This document shows positions 51,178 to 62,283 of a DNA stretch of 64,000 bases, piece by piece (positions within the stretch are counted from its first letter, which is position 1; every line of letters starts with the position of its first letter). The stretch comes from Methanotrichaceae archaeon (GTDB lineage: Archaea > Halobacteriota > Methanosarcinia > Methanotrichales > Methanotrichaceae). The position numbers and the translations under genes are program-made. The DNA is taken from positions 1 to 64,000 of the forward strand of contig CAVWIG010000021.1 of NCBI GenBank assembly GCA_963754945.1. Direction: 5' to 3'. The notes under the pieces are model-generated. The model worked only from the letters and a program-made list of their open reading frames with translations. It searched no databases and was not told where the DNA came from.

Positions 51178-51915
51178 ATGAGCATAAAGGTCACGCTTCT
51201 CGGCACGGGCGTCGGCATTCCCCAGCCGGGTCGATCCCAGTCTGCAATCCTCGTCGAGACAGAAAGGCCGCTACTCCTGGACTGCGGAGCAGGAACGCTC
51301 CTGAGGCTGGATCAGGCGGGCATAGACATCGAGAACCTGGACGTCGTCCTGCTGACCCACCTTCACCTCGACCACGTCTCAGATCTGCTTGCTCTGGCCA
51401 ATGCCCGCTACCTACGGCGGCTTCCTGGATTGGAGGTCTACGGGCCAGTCGGGACGGCGGCATGGCTTGAAACTCTGCACCGCGCCTTTCCCTACCTGGA
51501 GAAGATGGAGGTGATGGCGCATGAAGTGCGGCCCATGGATGACTTCTCCGTACAGGGATTCGATATCTTTGCTGAGGAGGCAAAGCACAGCGTCACCGCT
51601 CTTGCCTACAGGATCGAGGCTGAGGAGAAAGTCCTGGTCTATTCGGGCGACACCGAACCCTCGCAGCGCGTGGCTACATTGGCGGATGGGGCGGATCTGC
51701 TGATCCACGAGTGCTCTTTCCCTGAGCCATTCGATGTGACGAACCACACGACGCCCAAAAAGCTGGGCAGGATGCTTAAAAACGTCGGGCGCGTGGTGCT
51801 CACTCATTTCTATCCCCAGGCGGAAGGATGCGAAGAGGATATGGCGCTGGAGGTGAGCGAGCTGTCCGGAGCGCCAGTGTTGGCTGGATGGGATATGATG
51901 ACGATGATTCTTTAA
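51178..51915 (+). CDS. MBL-fold metallo-hydrolase (RNase Z-like)
   Basis: LGTG, LLDCG, THLHLDH, YSGDT and LTH motifs. Confidence 0.88.
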   Translation: MSIKVTLLGTGVGIPQPGRSQSAILVETERPLLLDCGAGTLLRLDQAGIDIENLDVVLLTHLHLDHVSDLLALANARYLRRLPGLEVYGPVGTAAWLETLHRAFPYLEKMEVMAHEVRPMDDFSVQGFDIFAEEAKHSVTALAYRIEAEEKVLVYSGDTEPSQRVATLADGADLLIHECSFPEPFDVTNHTTPKKLGRMLKNVGRVVLTHFYPQAEGCEEDMALEVSELSGAPVLAGWDMMTMIL

Positions 51916-51975
51916 GCCCCAAGAGCTCTGTATCTTCGATGAAAATTACACGCTCAAGACTTCTGAAGGGCACCA

Positions 51976-52848
51976 CTACGATTGTTCGAGGTTATCAATT
52001 TTCCCGAAGGTAGCGATTCGCTTCCAAACGTCCTCTGGTTGCTCTTCTGGGGCAAAATGGCCGCTATCAGGTATTATGGAACTTTGCACGTTTTTAATGC
52101 CTGATTCCTTGAAACCACCAACATACTGCTCTATGTTGCCTCCTTCGCGTTCGCCACGCAGGTAAAGGAGTGGCGTTTCGATCTGTATTCCACGGGCGAT
52201 GTTCTCCCTGTTGTATTTAGCATCCTGTCCGAAAGCTCGATACCAATTGAAACCTGTGCTTAGTGCAGACGGCGTAGAATAAGCCTGAACGTAGCTATTG
52301 CGTAGATCGCCAGTGATTCTTTCGGGGTGTGTGGAAATTGCGTTATAGAAGTAATCAAAGTATGGACGTTCCTTGCCTGTTACAATTATTTCAGGCAAAT
52401 CCTGGATAGCATGGAATCCAAAGTGCCATATATAAGGATTGCGAATTACATCTTCCCATGGTTTGACACCAGGGACAGCGACATTCATAATAACCGCCCC
52501 ATTAAGTTCGTTAGAGTAGCGATGGAGATACGAATAAACAATTTGACCACCAACATCATGGCCAACTAGCGTGAGATGCTTGAGTCCCATTTTCTCCACG
52601 AATTCATGAATAAAGTCTGCTATATCGCGCTTGGTACTTGGAGCATTTCTCATTTTAGAATTACCTATGCCAGGGAGATCCACCGCAAGGGCATAAACGT
52701 GCTCATCTGCAAGCTTTAAGACACTCTCGAACGCACGCCAATTTTCTGGCCAGCCATGGAGAAATAACACTGCAGAGTTTTGGGGAAGGCCAGCTTCAAC
52801 CACATGCATACTTCCATTGCTAACGGTTATTTCAGTGTGTTTTAACAT
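51976..52848 (-). CDS. Alpha/beta hydrolase (epoxide hydrolase-like)
   Basis: LHGWPE, GHDVGG and GHFAPEEQP motifs. Confidence 0.9.
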   Translation of the reverse strand: MLKHTEITVSNGSMHVVEAGLPQNSAVLFLHGWPENWRAFESVLKLADEHVYALAVDLPGIGNSKMRNAPSTKRDIADFIHEFVEKMGLKHLTLVGHDVGGQIVYSYLHRYSNELNGAVIMNVAVPGVKPWEDVIRNPYIWHFGFHAIQDLPEIIVTGKERPYFDYFYNAISTHPERITGDLRNSYVQAYSTPSALSTGFNWYRAFGQDAKYNRENIARGIQIETPLLYLRGEREGGNIEQYVGGFKESGIKNVQSSIIPDSGHFAPEEQPEDVWKRIATFGKIDNLEQS

Positions 52849-53022
52849 AATATTTTCTCTTTTTATGGAAACATTAAGGAAATCATCGACCCTGTTTCAA
52901 CTGTCTACAAGCGATTTAATGCCGGAATAGGAGATCCTGGTGCACATTTGCACCATCAAGGCCAGTGGGGAAGCAGAAACTTGCTTCCACCTTTTACTAA
53001 ATCTCCTTAGTTATGAAAACTC

Positions 53023-53427
53023 TTAGGCGATCTGTTTCCCCGCTGCCGGTCCCCACATGGCGTTGTAGATCTCGGTGATCTTGACCATGACGCAGCCCTT
53101 GGCCGGTAGCTTGTCGTTGATTCCGAGCACCCATTCTCTCATTTGGTCGAAGTTCTCGCCTTCCTTGCAGAGGGTGACATTCCCCTTGATCTGGAAGGAT
53201 TTCTTGGTATCCGAGCTGTAGCATAGGATGGATATCTTGGGATTCTCCATCAGGTTGGCAGCGGTCTTGTAGAAGAAGTTGTCAGCGATCATCAGAGTCT
53301 CGTCGTCGATGATCTTCAATAGTCCGATGAAGACGACGTTCGGAACTCCTTTCTTGCTGGCCGTTGCGATCGGCACGGGCTTTTGCTTCTCCAGAGTCTC
53401 CCTAACCTCGGCAGGCATCTTTACCAT
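53023..53427 (-). CDS. Pyridoxamine 5'-phosphate oxidase-like FMN-binding protein
   Basis: IATASKKGVPNV, KTAANLMENP, FQIKG; start MVKMP at 53427. Confidence 0.88.
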   Translation of the reverse strand: MVKMPAEVRETLEKQKPVPIATASKKGVPNVVFIGLLKIIDDETLMIADNFFYKTAANLMENPKISILCYSSDTKKSFQIKGNVTLCKEGENFDQMREWVLGINDKLPAKGCVMVKITEIYNAMWGPAAGKQIA

Positions 53428-53458
53428 TACATCACCGCCCAAAGAGTTGTGCTGCAAT

Positions 53459-54848
53459 TTATTTAGCTCTTGTGCAGGTCTCAAGAAAATTGGAGGGGAA
53501 GCCTCTGTAGGAAGCGGCATGCAGATGGGAGTAGCTGGCAACCATATTGTTCTCCACGACTCCATCGAGGCTGCCCTGGATGCCAGTGCCGCGATCGAGC
53601 CTGATGGCGTACTCGACCTTCTCCTTTTCATCCATGACAAGCTCGGAGTGGTGGAACTCGTGGCCCAGGAGGCGCGATCCTGCGGGCCCCAGCAGGCAGT
53701 CGCGAGCCAGCTTGCCGGAGACGTAGCTTACCACTCGAATCTGACCCTTGCGGACTTTTCCGGGAACCAGACCGACCATATCATGGTGCTCGCCATCCCA
53801 ATCGATCTCCCTTGCCAGGTACATCAGTCCGCCGCACTCCGCATAGATTGGAAGCCCTCTTTCATGTGCCTGCTGGATGGACGCGAGCATGGACGAGTTT
53901 CGCGACAGCTCCGCTGCGTACAGCTCCGGATACCCTCCGCCGATGTAGATGCCGTCCACCTGCGGAAGCTCTTTATCATGCACAGGGCTGAATGGAACGA
54001 CCTGTGCGCCAGCCAGCTCCATCAGCTCCAGGTTATCCCGATAGTAGAAGTTGAAGGCCTCGTCAAGGGCCACGCCGATCTTCAGGCCCGAGCCTCGTTC
54101 GTTTCTCCTGTAGAGGTCCGGCTCCGGCGCTTCCAGAGGCTCGGCCTCGGCTGCGATCTCCAGGATCCTGTCGATGTCCAGGCCCTCCTCCACTATCTCG
54201 CGGATCCTATCCAGCCGCTGGACAAAACCGTCGTGCCTGGCCTCGCCCTCAAGCATTGGCACCAATCCCAGGTGACGCATTGCTAGGTGCATGGACTCGT
54301 CCCTTGGAATGACACCCACAACCTCCACGCCTGCGTACCGCTCGATCTCCTCCCTTGCCTTACGTGCGTGCCTCTCGCTGCCCACCTTGTTCAGGATGAC
54401 ACCCTTTATGTCGACATTTGGATCGAAGTCCATGTAGCCCTTGACCAGGGCGGCAGCCGAACGGGTAATGGATCGTGCGTCCACAACGAAGATCACAGGA
54501 GTCCTCAGGATCTTAGCAATCTGGGCCGTCGATCCGAGGTCACCCTCGTACCCCTCGTAGAGGCCGCGCACTCCCTCGATCACCGAAACGTCCGCACCAT
54601 CCACTGCATGGGAATAGACCTCGTGAACCGTCTTCTCAGGCATTAGGTAGCCGTCCAGGTTTCGGCACGGCCTTCCAGTTATCCAGCTATGATATGATGG
54701 GTCGATGTAGTCCATCGCCACCTTGAAGGGCTGGACACGGAGGCCCCGTCTAGGTTAGAGCGGAAAGCAGTCCGGCCACGATGGTGGTCTTGCCGCTGGA
54801 GCTTCTGTCTCCTGCCAGCAGAACCCGCGGGATGTGTCCAGAGTTCAT
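53459..54848 (-). CDS. cfbB: Ni-sirohydrochlorin a,c-diamide synthase (frameshift near 54752)
   Basis: [11 protein letters not shown] lies upstream of the shift; [22 protein letters not shown] and GHEFH follow; ATGA overlap with cfbC. Confidence 0.88.
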
Positions 54849-55642
54849 GCTCGCGACAGCTCCCTGAGCCGCTCATCGCTAATCGGCTGGGGTAACTTCG
54901 GCTCTGCCTCGCCCATGAACGCCTCGGCAAGCCGACGATAGATCTCGGCTATCTCCGAGTCGGGAGCGCCCTCTATGACAGTGATGCCCCTTCGCTCGCA
55001 CTCCTGGACCAGAGGGTCCTTGGGTATGAAGGCCACCATCCGGTTGTCCAGTTCTCTGGCGAAGCTCTCCACGATCTCGCGTTCGCCCGTTGCCTCTCGC
55101 GAGTTGCATATCACACCGGCCAGTGGCGTCCCAAGACGGCGTAGGCCTCTGCAGATGTTGTTGGCCGCATACAGGGGCATATATTCGCCTGAGGTTATGA
55201 TATACGCCTGGCTGACCAGGCCCTTCCTTATGGGCGCCGAAAAGCCGCCGCAGACGATGTCACCCGGTACATCGTACAGCACTAGATCCACATCGTCCAT
55301 TGCCGTAGAGACTTTGCGCAAAAACTGTATGGCTACAATGATTCCTCGACCGGCGCAGCCCACGCCAGGTTCCGGTCCTCCTACCTCGATGCACCTCACG
55401 CCCTTATATCCCTTGAAGACGACATCCGATTCTGCGATCTCTCCGCCACGCTGGATTAGGTCCATCATGGTAGGGATCCTGCGACCCACAAGGGTTATCG
55501 TCGAATCGCTCTTCGGGTCGCAGCCGACGACCAGAACCCTGTGCCCGTCTTCGGCGCAGGCGGCTGCGATGTTCGAGGCGGTGCAGGACTTGCCGATCCC
55601 GCCTTTGCCATAGATCGCAACGTGCTTAATGGGTGACATCAA
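54845..55642 (-). CDS. cfbC: Ni-sirohydrochlorin a,c-diamide reductive cyclase, ATP-dependent reductase (NifH-like)
   Basis: [20 protein letters not shown] and DIVCGGF motifs; adjacent to cfbB; no nifDK. Confidence 0.9.
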   Translation of the reverse strand: MMSPIKHVAIYGKGGIGKSCTASNIAAACAEDGHRVLVVGCDPKSDSTITLVGRRIPTMMDLIQRGGEIAESDVVFKGYKGVRCIEVGGPEPGVGCAGRGIIVAIQFLRKVSTAMDDVDLVLYDVPGDIVCGGFSAPIRKGLVSQAYIITSGEYMPLYAANNICRGLRRLGTPLAGVICNSREATGEREIVESFARELDNRMVAFIPKDPLVQECERRGITVIEGAPDSEIAEIYRRLAEAFMGEAEPKLPQPISDERLRELSRA

Positions 55643-55741
55643 TTGACTCCGGAGAGCTTAAGACCACGCCATAGGATATACAGCTTATCCAGACGTAGTC
55701 ATCCAGGTATGTATGCTCCGTCTTACGATGAATGGAGGTAA

Positions 55742-58645
55742 ATGAGTTCCAGAGGACAGATTGACCTTTTAGTTCTTGTCGTGGTCTTAGGCGCATTTCT
55801 CATTGTGCCTTCTATGGCTCAATCGTCTTCCACAGATGCTGCCCTGGTGAGAGGATACATCACTAACATCAGTAGTACCTGGAATGCTCACGACTTCGGC
55901 TGGTTCTACTACGATCTGGACAAGGATGTGGGAGGCGAGCAGCTCTCGGTTGATGTGCACGGGCGGACCGCGGAGAAAAGCCACATAGTTTATACCAGTC
56001 GTGCCTGGTCGAGTGATTTCGAGTTTAAGCCCTGGGGGAAATACCAGTCGGTTGCCTTTTTGGGAAAGCGCTACTTCGCCGGCTATCCCGACAGCACTTT
56101 CACAGACGCCAAGAGCGCTCTGGAGAAAGGCGAACTCAGGGAGATACTCATCGACGACAAAAACACGCACATTTTGAACTACAGTCATCCCCTATCGCTC
56201 CTGGAAGGTTACATCCTGGCCGTCAATGGGATTTCAGCCAACGACGGCAAAGTAAACTTCGTCCTCGTAAAAGGCAAAACTGCAGTGGATTTTGGCGTTG
56301 TAAGCATAGGCGGGACCTATGCCTTCAAGAGTGGAGACGAACTTCCTTTAATCCTGATTCATGTCTCCAACGTGTTGGCCGGTGATAAGGATGGAACCGT
56401 CGAGATAGATGGCGTCTTCCAATTGGGAGATGCTCCAGTTGTCAGCATGAAAGACGGTGACAAGCTAGGAAGCATGGAGCTCGTTGACCTCACCGATCAG
56501 GGAATTACGTTTAAGACCAACAAAGATATTACACTGACCCGGGACGCCATTGTACCATTGGCTGATAGGTTGATGCTAGTTGTCGTGAATGATACAAGAC
56601 TGTTTTACTACCCTGTGGGAGCTATCACCGATTACGGCAATCAAGTGATAAGAGGGCCTGTTTTCGATGCCAACTCAATAGTACCAGTCAAGCTAGGTCA
56701 ATATCCTGCCACAGCACAGGCCAGATGGAACTCTGGGAACTTTACCGGATTCTATTTTTCTCCAGAAGACAAGTTGGGCAGTGAGACTCTTACTCTATTT
56801 CCCCCCAATGATAGGACAGTTCCAACTCCCACAAAGCCAGAGCTAATAAATGGAGTAGCGCATTGGAATGCGCTCCAGTATGTATCGTTCATGCAGCCAA
56901 AACAATTTAATTTTAGACCATGGGGCCAATACTACACAATAAGCTTTCTCGGAGAATCGTGGTTTGTAGGTTACAATATCGGGGCAACAAAAGAGAGTGA
57001 TTCGTTGAACCTTCTCGAGCACCAGAAGCTGGGCAAAGTTCTGATCGATAAAGAGATACGAGGGATGATTGTTGCCGGCAACTACACCCTTTCGGAGGGT
57101 TACCAACTCTACATCAGGGACGTGACACAAGATAAGATCTTCGTGCATCTCCTAAAGGACGGGCAGCTTGTGGACAGCTCCATAGCCGAATCCAACTCGA
57201 CTTATGTTTACAAAAAGGACCTCGGCGATGTCGCGGACATGCCCATTATAATGATGCACGTAGATAAGATCTTCAGCGATGGTAAGACGAAATTCGCATC
57301 GATTGACGGGCTTTTCCAGTTGTCGGACCAATATATCCTCTCAGTTGATCCAGGTTCGGGACTCGGTGAGCTTGAGATCGTCCCTACAAACTTTGGCATC
57401 ATAGGTATGTGGAACCATGATACTCTTACATTCAGTCGTAATTCAGACGTGAATCTCTGGCCCGGAATGAGCATCCGGGTCGCTGATAACGACACATTGC
57501 GATACTACCCGTACACTGTGCAGCGCGTGATCCCCAAACCCGCTCTGGGTGGCATAGATTACCCCAAGAACATAAGCTCATCAGGGCAGGCTAACTTCAC
57601 ATTGACTGCCCTGGCAGGTGATATTGTAAGCGTAAGCGTCGACGTAAACGATCCGTCCGGAAGAACCGTGTTCACCAAAGACCTCACCCGCATGGGAGTC
57701 GGTTCGGAGAACGTGTGGAACTACTTCTGGCGGTGGAATGCATCCACCTTGACAATGAGCGATGACGGCGCCCTAGTCCTCGACGCGAACGGTAATCCTA
57801 TCCCAGGACTGCTCTACCTCAACAAAACCAGCAGCCCACTACCGGTGGGGATAAGGTTTGATGGCTCGGGAAAAGTCGCCAGTATAGCGGATAGCAAGGT
57901 TATCTATTACGTCTCCCGTTCGGACTACAACTTGACGAAGCCCAAATTTACTTACGACTCAATGCTTGCCAACAGCACTGCAAAGAGACAGTACATAAAA
58001 ATCAATCCTGGCTCTAGCATGCTGAAGTTTTACGAGACCGTCAAAGGTTCGTTCAACCTGAGCAAATCCAACCACACAATAACGGGTTCCATCGATTCTC
58101 TGGAGCCCCACGCTCTTAGTTTGCCGGCTAAACCAGGCAAATACGAGCTGGGGGTAAGAATAGAGAATTCAGCCGATGCCCTCAGAGTAAATGGATTGTT
58201 CTTCAATGTTACAGCCCCAGAGATGCATGGCGTGTTTTTGGGCTCCAACTCGACCCAGACCGGAGGTCAAGTAAACGTTTCCCTCGAGGTTCCTACCTCT
58301 AATTCGGAGAAGAAAGTGGAGATATCCTACAACCCCGAAACGATCAAAGCAGTAGGCGCATTCGGGCCTTGCCAAACCCCCTCGTACATGGATGAAAAAG
58401 CCGGCTGGATCAACGTTACGTTTCCTCCGGGGTGCGGGGTGACCAACCTGACCTTCGTCGCAGGCCAGAAGAACGCCACGGCAGAACTAAAGGTGGTCAA
58501 TGTCGAAGGGTTCAAGCCAGATAAGGTGACCAACGGAACTATAACAATAAAGGCCGAAAAGAACGCTAAGAAGAGCAGTGATCTGTTGTTTGTAGCTGCT
58601 CTAGCGGCATTATCCCTGGCTGCTGTGTTCAGACGCTGGAGATAG
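55742..58645 (+). CDS. S-layer-domain protein (two DUF1608-like repeats, extra C-terminal domains, membrane anchor)
   Basis: Signal peptide; repeated WN..F.(W/G)FY / WG.Y..(V/I).FLG / IDG.FQ motifs; hydrophobic tail ending RRWR. Confidence 0.85.
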   Translation: MSSRGQIDLLVLVVVLGAFLIVPSMAQSSSTDAALVRGYITNISSTWNAHDFGWFYYDLDKDVGGEQLSVDVHGRTAEKSHIVYTSRAWSSDFEFKPWGKYQSVAFLGKRYFAGYPDSTFTDAKSALEKGELREILIDDKNTHILNYSHPLSLLEGYILAVNGISANDGKVNFVLVKGKTAVDFGVVSIGGTYAFKSGDELPLILIHVSNVLAGDKDGTVEIDGVFQLGDAPVVSMKDGDKLGSMELVDLTDQGITFKTNKDITLTRDAIVPLADRLMLVVVNDTRLFYYPVGAITDYGNQVIRGPVFDANSIVPVKLGQYPATAQARWNSGNFTGFYFSPEDKLGSETLTLFPPNDRTVPTPTKPELINGVAHWNALQYVSFMQPKQFNFRPWGQYYTISFLGESWFVGYNIGATKESDSLNLLEHQKLGKVLIDKEIRGMIVAGNYTLSEGYQLYIRDVTQDKIFVHLLKDGQLVDSSIAESNSTYVYKKDLGDVADMPIIMMHVDKIFSDGKTKFASIDGLFQLSDQYILSVDPGSGLGELEIVPTNFGIIGMWNHDTLTFSRNSDVNLWPGMSIRVADNDTLRYYPYTVQRVIPKPALGGIDYPKNISSSGQANFTLTALAGDIVSVSVDVNDPSGRTVFTKDLTRMGVGSENVWNYFWRWNASTLTMSDDGALVLDANGNPIPGLLYLNKTSSPLPVGIRFDGSGKVASIADSKVIYYVSRSDYNLTKPKFTYDSMLANSTAKRQYIKINPGSSMLKFYETVKGSFNLSKSNHTITGSIDSLEPHALSLPAKPGKYELGVRIENSADALRVNGLFFNVTAPEMHGVFLGSNSTQTGGQVNVSLEVPTSNSEKKVEISYNPETIKAVGAFGPCQTPSYMDEKAGWINVTFPPGCGVTNLTFVAGQKNATAELKVVNVEGFKPDKVTNGTITIKAEKNAKKSSDLLFVAALAALSLAAVFRRWR

Positions 58646-58858
58646 GTTGTCGCATTCGCGCTCGTGACCTTAACGGCTAGAACTGAGCTAAGCCACCGCG
58701 GGCAGTTTGTCAGTTCTTGCTTCAGAAGCTCGGACTCGTGGGGTTCGCTTCTTCTTCGTACCACCAAGGGTAATAGCCCAGTTGTCGCAGGTAGTACTTC
58801 CCGCCATCATCGCAATTCGAGGCGTAGGAATTATAAATTTGCCCTTTCTACTCTCTTT

Positions 58859-61033
58859 TCAGATCCTGCTGAACAGATCCCTCCTCACCCCTCTGTGCGG
58901 AGCCGCCATTGCAGCATCAAGAGCTTTCTGGTAGAACTTATCCGTATACTCCTTGGCCATCCGCCGGGCGCAGAAGTGCGGTCCGGTACTCTTTATGGTC
59001 TCCTTCATCATCTTGACCCAGCCCCTGGGAACACCGTGGTCGTCAACATCGTAGTACAACGGGACCACATGCTTTTCCAGGATTTCGTAGATGGCCGCAG
59101 CGTCCTTATGGTCCCTGTCAGGGCCTTGGGCTCCTTCAATTGCCCAGCCGTTCAAGCCGTTGTACCCCTCTATCCACCAGCCGTCCAGGATGGATAGTTG
59201 GGGAACGCCGTTTATGCTCGCCTTCATCCCGCTGGTTCCCGAGGCCTCCATGGGCGGCAGCGGGTTGTTGACCCAGACGTCGACGCCGTGAACCAGATAC
59301 TGGGCCAGAAGCTCATCGTAATCCTCCACGAAGGCTATCCGGCCTCCGAAGGCCTGGTCCTTGGCGACGTTGAATACATTCTGCAGGAGTTGCTTACTCT
59401 GCAGGTCGTCCTGGTGGGCCTTTCCGGCGAATATGATTTGAACCGGCTGCCAGGTATTGTTGACGATCCTCTTCAGCCGTTCGATATCCCGAAGGAGCAG
59501 AGTGGGCCTCTTGTACATTGCGATCCTCCTGGCAAACCCCAGGGTAAGGACCGATGGGTCGAACAGGATACCGGACGCCATAACTACACGAGGATCGGCC
59601 TTTCCGCTGTCGAGCCATTTTTGCCGGGCTCTGTCCCTAATCCTGGTGATCAGCAGGTTCTTCATTGCCTGGTGGTGTCTCCACAGCTCATCGTCCGGTA
59701 TCTCGTCGACCAGCTCCCAGATACGGGGATTGTCGTGACCCGCCAGCCAGTTTCTACCCAGATGCTCGTTGAGGATGACGTCTCCAAGGTGTCGATCGAT
59801 CCAGGTCGGGACATGAATCCCGTTGGTGATGTGGTCTATGGGCACTTTTTCTTCGGGCAGCTCAGGCCATAGCTGCCTCCACATGCTTCTCGCGACCTCC
59901 CCATGCCTTTTGCTCACAGCATTGCGATAGCCGGAGGACCGAAGGGCAAAGGCAGTCATGTTGAAGCCGCTCGGGTTATTCGGATCAACTCCCATCTCGA
60001 AGAACTCCTCTCGGCCAAGATCCAGGCCCGGAAGGTAGGAGCCGAAGTACTTGTCCATCAATTGAAAGGTGAAGATGTCGTGGCCGGCAGGCACAGGCGT
60101 GTGAGTCGTGAAGACCGTGGTTTCTTTGACCTGCTCGAAGGCATCACGGTAACTGGTTCCTCCCTCTACCCGCTCTCTGATCCTTTCCAGGATGGCAAAA
60201 GCCGGGTGCCCCTCGTTCAGGTGGAGGACGGAATAATCTATTCCCAGGGCTTTCAAAATCCTGACGCCACCAATCCCTAAAACTATCTCCTGTCTCAGCC
60301 GCTGTTCGGGGTCTCCTGTGTAAAGCCGGTCGGAGATGCACCGGTTCCAGGGATCGTTGGCCTCGCTTGATGTATCTAACAGGTAAAGGGATGTCCTGCC
60401 AACCTGGACCTTCCAGGCTTCCAGGTAGATCGGCGGATCTATGATAGGAATCTTGACCGACAGGGTCTTCCCATCACCATTCAGGACTCTGGTAATGGGT
60501 GCGTTCTCCCTGTCCAGGATCTCGCAGGCTCCCACCTGCCACCCATCCGGAGTGATCATTTGGCGCAGGTAACCCTGGGGGTACATGAACCCCACGCCGA
60601 CCATGGGTATCCCCAGGTCGCTGCACTCCTTCAGAAAGTCGCCTGCTAGGAATCCCAGGCCGCCGGCGTAGAAGGGAAGGGCGTGATGCAATCCGTACTC
60701 AGCCGAGAAGTATGCAATGTTCATGCTCTTTGGATCGGCTACGTTAGCGCAGAACCAGCCGCTGGATTTGCTCATCTCGTCTTCGAAACCAGCCATGACG
60801 GCGTCGTAATGTCTCAGAAAATGAGGATCCTTTGCTGCGGCCTCAAGCGTTGCCTGGTCAATCTGATGGAGCATCTTAACGGGGTTGTGGGCACTAAGGT
60901 ACCAACCTGTCCTGCTGAGCATCTTAAAGAGGCCCCTGCCTTCGGGGTGCCAGGACCACCACAGATTGTAAGCCAGATCTCCTAGTCCGGAGATCCTGTC
61001 AGGGAGATTGAAGAATTTGTTTATCGCGACCAT
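58859..61033 (-). CDS. glgP: Alpha-glucan (glycogen) phosphorylase
   Basis: NLWWSW, YAGGLG, HLNEGH and EASGTSGMKA motifs. Confidence 0.95.
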   Translation of the reverse strand: MVAINKFFNLPDRISGLGDLAYNLWWSWHPEGRGLFKMLSRTGWYLSAHNPVKMLHQIDQATLEAAAKDPHFLRHYDAVMAGFEDEMSKSSGWFCANVADPKSMNIAYFSAEYGLHHALPFYAGGLGFLAGDFLKECSDLGIPMVGVGFMYPQGYLRQMITPDGWQVGACEILDRENAPITRVLNGDGKTLSVKIPIIDPPIYLEAWKVQVGRTSLYLLDTSSEANDPWNRCISDRLYTGDPEQRLRQEIVLGIGGVRILKALGIDYSVLHLNEGHPAFAILERIRERVEGGTSYRDAFEQVKETTVFTTHTPVPAGHDIFTFQLMDKYFGSYLPGLDLGREEFFEMGVDPNNPSGFNMTAFALRSSGYRNAVSKRHGEVARSMWRQLWPELPEEKVPIDHITNGIHVPTWIDRHLGDVILNEHLGRNWLAGHDNPRIWELVDEIPDDELWRHHQAMKNLLITRIRDRARQKWLDSGKADPRVVMASGILFDPSVLTLGFARRIAMYKRPTLLLRDIERLKRIVNNTWQPVQIIFAGKAHQDDLQSKQLLQNVFNVAKDQAFGGRIAFVEDYDELLAQYLVHGVDVWVNNPLPPMEASGTSGMKASINGVPQLSILDGWWIEGYNGLNGWAIEGAQGPDRDHKDAAAIYEILEKHVVPLYYDVDDHGVPRGWVKMMKETIKSTGPHFCARRMAKEYTDKFYQKALDAAMAAPHRGVRRDLFSRI

Positions 61034-61295
61034 GAATTATGCCTCACTCCGGCTTAATATAGACAGGCAGGTTATTTAATATTTTTCAGAAAAGTATGAG
61101 GCATTCCGGAAAGACCATCTGTGAAACATCCCGGCTATAAAATTGATGGGCATAATTGCCGATAGCCCTCACAGCTTGAAGCCTCGTAGTGGGTTCATGA
61201 ACTTCTACAAAGCGGCCCTATGACCAATCGTCCCAGCCTGATCGAAATGCAGACATACGAAACCCTTAAAAGTTTATGAGTTTCATAGAATAGGG

Positions 61296-61736
61296 GTGAA
61301 TCTTTTGTCTAAAGGATCAAAATTAGGACTTGCTCTCTTGGTTGTTGCCATGTTAGCAACAGCCGCAGTAGCTGAGATGGCCAACAACTATACCATAAAC
61401 ACTGCAACCAACAAGACCATAGGAACCTATCTCGTAAACCAGACGGGTTTCACGCTATATTATTTCAAAATGGACCCCGGCAATGGAACAAGTACTTGCT
61501 CCGGCGGTTGTGCAACCCTGTGGCCCCCATTCTACGCAAAGAAAGTCACTGTGCCTACCGGACTGAACGCCTCTGACTTCACGAGCATAACAAGAAAGGA
61601 TGGCATGAACCAGACGGCGTTCAAGGGCTGGCCATTGTACCATTACTCAAAGGACATGTTGCCAGGGAACGCAAAAGGACAGGGATTCAAGGGGATCTGG
61701 TTCGTAGTCGATCCGATGAAATTCCCGCCCAAGTAG
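61296..61736 (+). CDS. Secreted repeat protein with Yx(4)D motif (COG4315-like)
   Basis: TLYYFKMD, CSGGCATLWPP and GWPLYHYSKD motifs. Confidence 0.88.
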   Translation: MNLLSKGSKLGLALLVVAMLATAAVAEMANNYTINTATNKTIGTYLVNQTGFTLYYFKMDPGNGTSTCSGGCATLWPPFYAKKVTVPTGLNASDFTSITRKDGMNQTAFKGWPLYHYSKDMLPGNAKGQGFKGIWFVVDPMKFPPK

Positions 61737-61761
61737 CTTTCCGCCCACAACTTTTTTATGA

Positions 61762-62283
61762 CTATTTTTCTGCAAGCGATTGTGCATAGCGTATGTAATC
61801 ACAGGTCGGCTCTCCAACTGGCACTATTCTTCCGGTGACCTTTCCGTCCTTTATCTCGATCTCCGCAACAGTTGGCGGAGACATCCTGGGCACTGTTGGG
61901 CTTCCTGGACAGATGAGCAGCTTGTTACCCCTCTCAACGATCGGCCTGTGCAGGTGACCATAGACAAGGACGTCCACCTCCATCTCCCTGGCAAGCATCT
62001 CAGTGCCGGGGCCAGTAGAGTGTGATGCCCGGTGAACTAGCCCGATCCTTACTCCATCCACCTCGATTACCTTTCTCTCCGGCAAAAGCATTTTCAGCTC
62101 TTGAGAATCTGAATTGCCGCACACTGCCTCGACCCTTCCTATATCAGCCAGGGAGTCGTAAACGTCTTTGGAAACGAAATCTCCGGCGTGAAGAATGAAG
62201 TCGGCTCCCTCGGCAAGCTCGACCAGTCTTTCCGGTAGACCTCTTTCCATGTGAGTATCCGACAGCGCAATTATCTTGATCAT
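61762..62283 (-). CDS. YfcE-family metallophosphoesterase
   Basis: SDTH, HAGD, GNSD, GHLH and CPGS motifs. Confidence 0.9.
   Translation of the reverse strand: MIKIIALSDTHMERGLPERLVELAEGADFILHAGDFVSKDVYDSLADIGRVEAVCGNSDSQELKMLLPERKVIEVDGVRIGLVHRASHSTGPGTEMLAREMEVDVLVYGHLHRPIVERGNKLLICPGSPTVPRMSPPTVAEIEIKDGKVTGRIVPVGEPTCDYIRYAQSLAEK

Noticed and set aside
53428-53640. N-terminal extension of the FMN-binding protein
   Set aside because: It overlaps cfbB in another frame; the RBS supports a start at 53427.
53279-54286. 335-aa plus-strand ORF and other long antisense ORFs (e.g. 54975..55613, 59198..59872)
   Set aside because: They are shadow frames opposite well-supported genes and carry no motifs.
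54845-55642. Nitrogenase nifH
   Set aside because: It is coupled to cfbB and there is no nifDK, so it fits cfbC.
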